In this document: piece by piece, positions 57,038 through 64,000 of the stretch
How positions within the stretch are numbered: the first letter of the stretch is position 1
Layout: every line of letters begins with the position of its first letter
From: Picochlorum sp. SENEW3
Taxonomy: Eukaryota
DNA length: 64,000 nt
Assembly: GCA_034226945.1 (NCBI GenBank)
Contig: CP120454.1
Coordinates: 1,302,001 to 1,366,000, forward strand
Direction: 5' to 3'
Translations under genes and position numbers: made by a program
The notes under the pieces: model-generated
Told to the model about the DNA's origin: nothing
What the model saw: the letters and a program-made list of their open reading frames with translations, nothing else
Database searches by the model: none

Positions 57038-57466
57038 TCATGCATCATCTCCACCTGAGAAGAATTGCTCAGTGTGCTCTGGATGCTTCTCCAAGCACTT
57101 TTGAAACTTTTCAAAATGCTCTATGCAATCGTATCCTTTGACTTCAGGATGCGTGCTCTTCATAAAACAACTAAACGAATCTACGAATGAATCTTTACAC
57201 GGTCCTTGCATCATATCCTCTGCATCATAGAGTCATGTGTCATAGGACATGGAACAAGAGGAGACAGCATGCCATCATGATGATGGTTGTTTCCTTTCAT
57301 CATGCAATGCAGTAACATTACTCCGAATCGTACCCACACAAGGACACTCCAGAGCCATTTCAATCTGTTTATCTATATCATGTGGGTGTGCTTCTGCCGC
57401 CTTGTCAATTTCTTCTGCAAGGCTGTCAAAAACCCCACCCTCTTGTTCTTCTTGTTCTGAAGCCAT
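57038..57466 (-). CDS. MIA40: Mitochondrial intermembrane-space import oxidoreductase Mia40
   Basis: ALECPCV, intron 57220-57333, then EDMMQGPCKDSFVDSFSCFMKS...GYDCIEHFEKFQKCLEKHP: a CPC motif plus twin CX9C. Confidence 0.92.
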
Positions 57467-57687
57467 GATCGTTGTCACTGATCACACAGACGTCCAGAAT
57501 TCTACTGGATCATCATATTACATAAAGTATACTGCGAATTACAATTGCGGAAAAGCATTGCACAATACTGAATTTTAGGCCTACTCAAAAAACGTCTCAA
57601 TTAAGAAACTTTTCAACCAATGCGATCCACTTGTTGTTATTACATGAACTGCGCACATGTCTCATCACAATAAAAAATTGTATCAAA

Positions 57688-58716
57688 ATGCAGCAAACTA
57701 GAGGAGTATCGCCGGCAAGTGCGTGCCAGCCCAGGTTGCAAAGTGTGGCTGTCCGTCACAATTGGCCTTCAGGTGCACGTCGACAGTGGAGAATACAGTC
57801 ATCGGACCTCGATGAGATTGATCCTATGACTGGAGAAGTCATCGAAGGGACTGCTCGTGCGAGAACTGCCTCGAATACAGTATCCACTGGACGTTTCACC
57901 CATGCTTACAGAGGAAGTGCTGACAGCAATGCTTCATTGCCAGTGGTGTGCGCTCATGGTGTCGGTTCTTCCAGTTACTCGTTTAGAAAGACTGTCAACT
58001 TGTTAGAAAAGGATGGTGTTCAGGCAATGGCGTTTGATTTCCTCGGGCATGGTGCATCAGATCACCCGTCATCATCAGAGTTCTCATACACACAGCATGC
58101 GTACATTTCAGAACTACAGAAACTCATGGAAACGTTATACGGCGATACACCCGTAGTACTTATTACTCATGGATATATCCTAGGGCAATATGCCATGTTG
58201 TACGCAGCGAGGAATCCCGATAGAATTGCCAAACTGGTGACACTGAATGTCCCACTTGGCCTCAAATCAAAGCTACGACCAGAATTGGCTCAGTACAAGA
58301 GTCCAATACCGTTTTTAAAACCAAAACAAAACTCTCCTTTCGATGGACGATTCTATAATGCTGCCGGTGGACCGTACGCACTGGCTGCGACAGATGCAGA
58401 TGCATATAATGCTCCATACGAGCAGTCACCAAACAATGCCTCTGCCGCCATTTGGCACACCATGGAGAACTGCGATTGGGAGGCTTTAAAAAAGCAGGTA
58501 GATGAAGAATTCGCGTCATTTCAAAAGCCGACATTATTGATTCATGGGAATTCTGATTCCTTCTTGGATGTCAAGGGTACTCTGGATTGGTTGGAGGAGA
58601 AGCGGACCAATATGAAAATGTGCTATGGAATAGAAGCAAAGCTCGGCCACATGCCACAGGAAGACTATCCAGAGGCCATCCACCCAGTGATACTTGAATA
58701 CATTACGTCAACGTAA
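57688..58716 (+). CDS. Alpha/beta hydrolase-fold protein (haloalkane dehalogenase-like), probably plastid-targeted
   Basis: HGVGSSSYSFR, FDFLGHGASDHP and GHMPQEDYPE motifs; transit-like N-terminus. Confidence 0.85.
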   Translation: MQQTRGVSPASACQPRLQSVAVRHNWPSGARRQWRIQSSDLDEIDPMTGEVIEGTARARTASNTVSTGRFTHAYRGSADSNASLPVVCAHGVGSSSYSFRKTVNLLEKDGVQAMAFDFLGHGASDHPSSSEFSYTQHAYISELQKLMETLYGDTPVVLITHGYILGQYAMLYAARNPDRIAKLVTLNVPLGLKSKLRPELAQYKSPIPFLKPKQNSPFDGRFYNAAGGPYALAATDADAYNAPYEQSPNNASAAIWHTMENCDWEALKKQVDEEFASFQKPTLLIHGNSDSFLDVKGTLDWLEEKRTNMKMCYGIEAKLGHMPQEDYPEAIHPVILEYITST

Positions 58717-58726
58717 TGTCAATATC

Positions 58727-60022
58727 TTACATGTGAACTCGTTTTCCCGAATGATGTGTAACAATCAGCGGATCATATCTCAGCCGAGATGGATCAATTT
58801 CTATATTCTTCTCCGAGGATATCGTCCTCAGATGTTCATCAATAATCTTCTGTGTCACAGAAATAATATGATCTCCTTTCCAATACTTGATCAAAGACAG
58901 CCCTTCCAACGTCTTGACAATATCTTCCGTCCGTATGGACGTCCTATCTGAAATATCTTTAATACTCATACTATGCTTGCAGTCTCGAAGCGTCTCCAGT
59001 ATCACCCTCGTCCAGTACGAGCGATACGACACAGCTCCTAAATCAGACAAGGGCCTCTCTGGACTCCCCACTCGACCCTCCTTTTTGGACAATTCATAGG
59101 AAAAGGCAATCAAAAATCGACCATACCCCTTCCTCTGATACGGCGGCAGAATCAAAATACACGCCAAATTATTCCCTTCCGCTGAATCCTTCTCCTTTGA
59201 AAAATACCCAACCACATGATGCCCATCCTTATCCACCTCACACAAGACATAAAACAGGAATGGATCCACATCATAATACAGCGTCTTGTGGTCCAAAAAC
59301 AGCTTGGACAACAGGCACAAATTCTGACAGTACACCTTTGCCTTCTTCCCATCTACTTCAAACATGGATATCTGAGGATTCGTATACGTCCCAGCAAGCG
59401 CCGTCCCTGCCCTCGCAGGAGACCTATAAATCTCATCCCCAGGAGGACACTTGAGCGTGCACTTTGCCATGTGCCGCAACAGCGTCTTCTTCTTCCTGAA
59501 ATACTTCAACGTATACTCACATATATATAACTTCTGACAAGACGCATGCGGCTCTGGATACGGAGAAAAATACCACGTATCAATCTCATGCCTCCCAAGC
59601 TCAATCACCTGAACATTCTTCACCTTGGTCTTCTCCTGATGCTCCTTCTCCAAGTACTGATCCAGAGGAGGCAGCTCCTCCACCGACGGACTCAGATGAT
59701 TAATCTCAGCATACTGTCGCTTCTGTCGACGTGTCATCTTCTGATTCTGCATGCTCGTATCCTCCAACCCAGACGCCGATCCCCCCGAACCCACCCTCGG
59801 AAGACTCTTCGCCACAGACACAACATTCGACGCTGTAATCCACTCATCCAACCGCTTATCCAACTCATTGTAATGAATATAGTACATAACACCGTACTTT
59901 GAGTCCATCCGTTGCTCAATAATCTCGCCGAGGTGCTCTTGATTATCAAACGTCGCTGTACACATCACAGACGTCCCAATCTCCAAGGTACCCTCAGGAA
60001 CAACCTGCACAGAATCCACCAT
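58727..60022 (-). CDS. MYST histone acetyltransferase (HAM1/Esa1/Tip60 type)
   Basis: Tudor-knot (YYIHY...KRLDEW), TWYFSPYP, LFLDHKTLYYDV, LACILILPPYQRKGYG and GSPERPLSDLG motifs. Confidence 0.95.
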   Translation of the reverse strand: MVDSVQVVPEGTLEIGTSVMCTATFDNQEHLGEIIEQRMDSKYGVMYYIHYNELDKRLDEWITASNVVSVAKSLPRVGSGGSASGLEDTSMQNQKMTRRQKRQYAEINHLSPSVEELPPLDQYLEKEHQEKTKVKNVQVIELGRHEIDTWYFSPYPEPHASCQKLYICEYTLKYFRKKKTLLRHMAKCTLKCPPGDEIYRSPARAGTALAGTYTNPQISMFEVDGKKAKVYCQNLCLLSKLFLDHKTLYYDVDPFLFYVLCEVDKDGHHVVGYFSKEKDSAEGNNLACILILPPYQRKGYGRFLIAFSYELSKKEGRVGSPERPLSDLGAVSYRSYWTRVILETLRDCKHSMSIKDISDRTSIRTEDIVKTLEGLSLIKYWKGDHIISVTQKIIDEHLRTISSEKNIEIDPSRLRYDPLIVTHHSGKRVHM

Positions 60023-60206
60023 AATAATACTGTACTGTTGTTAAAATATCCACCATACCATGAATCAAACATACCTGTCGCTGAGACGCTGATTCCGTCG
60101 ATGTGAGTGTCGTGCCATTAGTATGAATCACGCCCTCTTCCTCCTGTCCTTTCCTTTGTTGAACCATATTTTTATTACTATGTACTAAAAAGTATTATTC
60201 GATTCA

Positions 60207-61364
60207 TTAAGAAGTATGGTGCTTCTTCATCCTGACCTGACTGTGTTTGTACAGGCTACTAGAAATCAGTCCTGAAAAGACGAGAAACACGGCAATCCAC
60301 TGCTGCCATAACAGCGCATGTCCACTCCAGACGACGCTTGCTAATATAGAGAAAAACTTCCTTGTGGTCGTCACGAGGGTATTCGTTAACGATCCAAAGG
60401 ATTTTATTGTATAGAAAATGAACAATTGGCCAACAGCACCACAGATGCAAAAGCTGAGAATGTCATATCCTGCTTCTGGATGTGCCATGCAGAATTGAAT
60501 CACATCACGGCCTGCATGGCTAAACACAAACATCATGGGAATATAGAATACACCAGTCCAGAAATTCATCCAGCACATCATGTGGAGGGCAGTGCTGTGC
60601 TTGTATTTTTTATTAATGGCATCCTGGGTCACATTGGTGTATCCATCCAGCATGAGGTTTGAAAAGCATAAAAAGTATCCGAGAGGGGCATTGGGATAGG
60701 CTACGCCATGCCCTCTTCTCCCGGAGAATCCAGCAAACATGGACACGCCGGCTGTGACGAGAGAACAGCACAAGTACTCAATGACAGAGTAGCGCTGGTG
60801 GTGCAACAGGGTGCCAAGCACCATGACTGGTATCATCTTGGAGCTCTTGGCCAATACTTGAGCAGGGTATGGTATATAATATAATGCTTGGTATCCACAT
60901 GCTGGGCCAAAGCAGTTTGTAAACCCAGCCTTCCAATACGCAGACATGGGCGGATGATCAGAAGAAGACGCATTCTCCTCCTCTCCATTGCTCATCCTAG
61001 AAGAAGAAGAACCCCATTGGAACATCTTCTCCGTGATAAGGATCAATAGAAATGACCAGATGAAACAGGCCCATGACTGAAATGAATTCAATGTCGCTAA
61101 ATGAGGAAATCGCTCCTTCTCCGCACCAAACTGCTTTGTGGACAACACCTCCTGGAACAGTCCCTGCGTAATGTAGGCTCCATAGGTCCCGCACACACAG
61201 ATTATTAATTTGAATACCTGCCATGCTATATGTGGACTAGGTTTCATATCAATCACCTGTGCGTGGATGCCATTCGTGCCTTGTTTTTCCTTTGGCGGTG
61301 GAGCAGTGTGATCACCTGGATCTGTCCCCCGCCTCTTTGATGCACCTCGAGTGGTCACAGCCAT
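60207..61364 (-). CDS. UDP-galactose/UDP-glucose transporter (SLC35B1/UTr3-like)
   Basis: YITQGLFQE, YPAQVLAKSSKMIPVM, DGYTNVTQD, CGAVGQLFIF and TTTRKFFSIL motifs. Confidence 0.92.
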   Translation of the reverse strand: MAVTTRGASKRRGTDPGDHTAPPPKEKQGTNGIHAQVIDMKPSPHIAWQVFKLIICVCGTYGAYITQGLFQEVLSTKQFGAEKERFPHLATLNSFQSWACFIWSFLLILITEKMFQWGSSSSRMSNGEEENASSSDHPPMSAYWKAGFTNCFGPACGYQALYYIPYPAQVLAKSSKMIPVMVLGTLLHHQRYSVIEYLCCSLVTAGVSMFAGFSGRRGHGVAYPNAPLGYFLCFSNLMLDGYTNVTQDAINKKYKHSTALHMMCWMNFWTGVFYIPMMFVFSHAGRDVIQFCMAHPEAGYDILSFCICGAVGQLFIFYTIKSFGSLTNTLVTTTRKFFSILASVVWSGHALLWQQWIAVFLVFSGLISSSLYKHSQVRMKKHHTS

Positions 61365-61667
61365 CCTGCAATATCAATTCTATACAACGAGCAGTGTGTC
61401 AAGATGTTGTGACCAAACAATGAAGGGGACATCAGCGCCATGGTGGATCCATCCGCCGGATGGCCATCTCTTGGCAAAAATCTCATCGGAGGGGGGTTCT
61501 TCTTTCGTGTTTCTTCCTTCTTCTTTCCGACACCAGTCAGTAGTACCGATTGACACAGTAAAAACAGTACTCTGTATATTTATTTAGATTTTGAGAGGGA
61601 GAAGATTGGTGACGAGACGATATAGGAACCTGGAAAGTGTCTTCTCATGCTCCGAATCTAAAAAGAC

Positions 61668-62654
61668 ATGGCAGAAGACAATGTGCAGCACCATGATATC
61701 GAGAAAGAACGACCTCAAAGACGAAAGCTTCATTTGAAACCTAGAGATCCAGAAGCTGCTGCTCGGATAGAGGCGGAGCGGTTGCGGGAGAGTTATCAGC
61801 ATGGTGTGTTTGGGGACGCCAAGCCCCGTGAGGTTGTGATTGCGGATAGAGTTGGGAAGAGTGAGGAGGATATATTGAAGGAGGAGGTGCAGAAGGAAAA
61901 GTTGCATGTATGTGTTGTGGTTGTAAGAACGACAGGTAGTATTGAGGGTTCTCACTTGTACATTGTTGGATTGCAGTTGAGGTTGACTCCAGCGCAGCAT
62001 GAGGAGAAGAAGTCTCATGAGGCTGCTGTGAAGGAGATTGAGGATCAGATTGAGAAGGAGTCTGATGAGAAGAAGAAGGATTTGTTGCGGGTAGAGTTGC
62101 GGGCGCGTGTAGAAACATTGGATGTGTTGATGGAGAGGTTTGTGGCAATGACGTTGGAGAATGCCAAGTCTGGAGATGTGCCACGGGTGTCTCAGTTGAG
62201 AAAGGTGCAGCATGAGGTGCATCAGCATGAGAGAGGGGGGCCGGCTGGGGTGGTGCATCAGCATCGGTATAAGCCAACGCAGCAGTATACTAGCAGACAT
62301 CCTGGGCAGCAGTATACGGGTAGAGGTGGGGGTCATCCGCCACGGGGTGGAGGTGGGGGTCGGTCTGGATATGTGCCTACGCCAGTGGATGGTGGGAGGT
62401 ATGGTCGAGGTGGGGTTGCAGAATGGGCGCATCCACCGTATCATCAGCCTGGAAGAGGAGGAGGAGGAGGAGGAGGAGGAGGGGTTGATGCAGGAGCTGT
62501 CATGTATCCAGAGTACTCGGCGCATCGAGGTGGTCGAGGAGGAGGACGGCAGCAGTTGCCTCCGAGGGATGTATTTTATCAGGGGCCTTTCCCTGGGAGA
62601 GGTGTGGGAGGGGAAATTGAATTTGACTCCTTTTCGGATCAGGACAGATATTAA
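61668..62654 (+). CDS. eIF4B-like RGG-rich protein
   Basis: RRKLHLKPR and FGDAKPREVV resemble plant eIF4B motifs; coiled coil and RGG tail; probable intron 61908-61976. Confidence 0.6.
   Translation: MAEDNVQHHDIEKERPQRRKLHLKPRDPEAAARIEAERLRESYQHGVFGDAKPREVVIADRVGKSEEDILKEEVQKEKLHVCVVVVRTTGSIEGSHLYIVGLQLRLTPAQHEEKKSHEAAVKEIEDQIEKESDEKKKDLLRVELRARVETLDVLMERFVAMTLENAKSGDVPRVSQLRKVQHEVHQHERGGPAGVVHQHRYKPTQQYTSRHPGQQYTGRGGGHPPRGGGGGRSGYVPTPVDGGRYGRGGVAEWAHPPYHQPGRGGGGGGGGGVDAGAVMYPEYSAHRGGRGGGRQQLPPRDVFYQGPFPGRGVGGEIEFDSFSDQDRY
62455..62482 (+). repeat. (GGA)n coding microsatellite (poly-Gly)
   Basis: About nine GAG/GGA units in the eIF4B-like tail. Confidence 0.85.
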
Positions 62655-62724
62655 CTACGTAATAACAAGGAGATGTATTATGATGATGACAATGTAACAT
62701 TAGTATTATTCAAGAGAAAAAGTA

Positions 62725-64000
62725 TCAGAATTCTCTATCAGGAAGTATGATCGGAGCAACAAGTGTCCACATGTACAGGGCTGCAGCAATCCATTGGGAT
62801 GTGATTTTCACAGCAACGCTTGTCCAGCCAACATCAATCAAATCCTTTTCGATTCGACCGCTCCCCCATCCGGTCATTAACATTCCCGTGTACATGGACG
62901 CTAATGCAAAGATGATGTAAAATTGGACGTAATTGTACGAGACTGCTTCTCTATCCTGGTCCTTGTGAGCAGGGGATGTAGCATCTCTCGTCATGCCTGC
63001 ATCACTAGACGGCGCCATGTCTACTCCACTGGATGTCATCTCTGCTTCTTCTAAAAGTGAATCTTCTGCATCTGTTTGGAACGTTCTGGTGTTGGAGCCA
63101 GCTCGGAAAGCTGCCCACACAGTACTGGCAAGGGTCAACACCATGCCCATGGCCAATGTTGTGCTGGATGCTGCATTCAACCTCTGCCCCAACATATTGC
63201 ATTCGTAGTCTCTCGGTTCAGATTGCAGTGCCGAAAATCCTAAATATGATACATAAAGCGTGATTGCAGACGCAACAAAAATGGAGGCTCCTGGATTGAC
63301 GCGTCTGACTGATGGATGCAGGGTCAGAATGCTCAATACCACGCATGCAATCAGCCCAATAGTGATCAGAGACATATTGAGAGAGCAATCTGGTCCAGAT
63401 GGCGAGAACCAGACATATGATAAAACAATCATGACACAGGACGCGCCATAGGCCCCCACTGTTGCAACCAGCAATGCATACAAGTATCTCTCATCCTCCT
63501 CTCCTTCAAACACCCAGGCTTCATTCCACGCATTTGTCGCATCAATGATGATGAGAGTCTGAATTGCCAGGAAGAGAGGAGAAACAACCTTTGATACTGC
63601 AGCGTATACTGTAATAACACCATTGGAGAAGAAAAATGGGACAATATTACACACAAGCCAGAGCATCGCCTTCACAAGGTATCCACCATGATGAATGTAC
63701 GCATCTCTCCAGTCATCCTTGTATTTTACTGGAGCAGGAAATGACATGACCAGTGCCAACCCAGAGAAGAGGATACAGTTCCCCAGAGACAGTCGAAACA
63801 CTGCCTGTTCTCCAAACCATTCGTCAGGTGGTTGGTCTCCATCCTTGCCAAATTGCTTGATAATCCCTACATACATATAACTGAATCGATACATGGTTCG
63901 TCCGAGGGATATATGATACAAAAACAACGCACATGGAATGTGAGAAATGACTGGCTTGGCAAAGTCACGAAGCATCCACGCAAACAGCATAGAAAACATG
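62725..64000 (-). CDS. Serinc/TMS1 serine incorporator family protein, 5' end outside the window
   Basis: GEQAVFRLSLGN, HHGGYLVK, SALQSEP, IFALASMY, DVGWTS and WTLVAPIILPDREF motifs; probable in-frame intron 63867-63932. Confidence 0.92.
   Translation of the reverse strand, partial: MFSMLFAWMLRDFAKPVISHIPCALFLYHISLGRTMYRFSYMYVGIIKQFGKDGDQPPDEWFGEQAVFRLSLGNCILFSGLALVMSFPAPVKYKDDWRDAYIHHGGYLVKAMLWLVCNIVPFFFSNGVITVYAAVSKVVSPLFLAIQTLIIIDATNAWNEAWVFEGEEDERYLYALLVATVGAYGASCVMIVLSYVWFSPSGPDCSLNMSLITIGLIACVVLSILTLHPSVRRVNPGASIFVASAITLYVSYLGFSALQSEPRDYECNMLGQRLNAASSTTLAMGMVLTLASTVWAAFRAGSNTRTFQTDAEDSLLEEAEMTSSGVDMAPSSDAGMTRDATSPAHKDQDREAVSYNYVQFYIIFALASMYTGMLMTGWGSGRIEKDLIDVGWTSVAVKITSQWIAAALYMWTLVAPIILPDREF

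Noticed and set aside
21139..60022. Genome-maintenance cluster (SHPRH, MER3, CTF18, MYST)
   Set aside because: Spread over about 40 kb among unrelated genes; the category is large enough for chance co-occurrence.
61584..62525. 313-aa ORF antisense to the eIF4B-like gene
   Set aside because: Low-complexity reverse complement of Glu/Gly-rich coding sequence.
1..64000. CRISPR arrays, transposases, viral inserts, rRNA or tRNA genes
   Set aside because: No spaced repeats, transposon or viral motifs, or cloverleaf structures seen; nearly all sequence is explained by host genes.

Overview
Eukaryotic nuclear DNA from a very compact green-algal genome. The short GT-AG introns (mostly 64-85 nt), TGTAA poly(A) signals, tiny intergenic gaps and plastid-targeted genes such as PsaF fit a small trebouxiophyte such as Picochlorum; that assignment is inference. 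About 30 protein genes are supported: a TOC1/PRR-like clock protein missed by the ORF track, an ICE2/NARG2-like protein, mitochondrial EF-Tu, nadC, SF3B4, two SLC35B transporters, WDR33/FY, nadB, a GT61-like protein, HSP101, SHPRH, a multidomain J-protein, an LRR/Sfi1-like protein, an acyl-lipid desaturase, ABC1 kinase, FTR variable chain, a PPR protein, NO66, PHT4, MER3, DUF1749, an Rrp5 HAT fragment, CYSTM, DUF3067, PsaF, CTF18, AP-4 mu, Mia40, an alpha/beta hydrolase, a MYST acetyltransferase, an eIF4B-like protein and Serinc. I found no rRNA, tRNA, CRISPR array or clear transposon. The best leads are: (1) a ferredoxin-thioredoxin reductase variable subunit fused to a CP12 two-cysteine tail; (2) a small membrane-protein ORF ending 13 nt before AP-4 mu, a candidate bicistron; (3) nadB and nadC about 5 kb apart, with a structured uORF-bearing region upstream of nadB; (4) an Rrp5 that has only its HAT domain; (5) an orphan SpoU fragment; (6) several strongly base-paired intronic or intergenic elements. 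All family calls come from motif recognition by eye, not from database searches.
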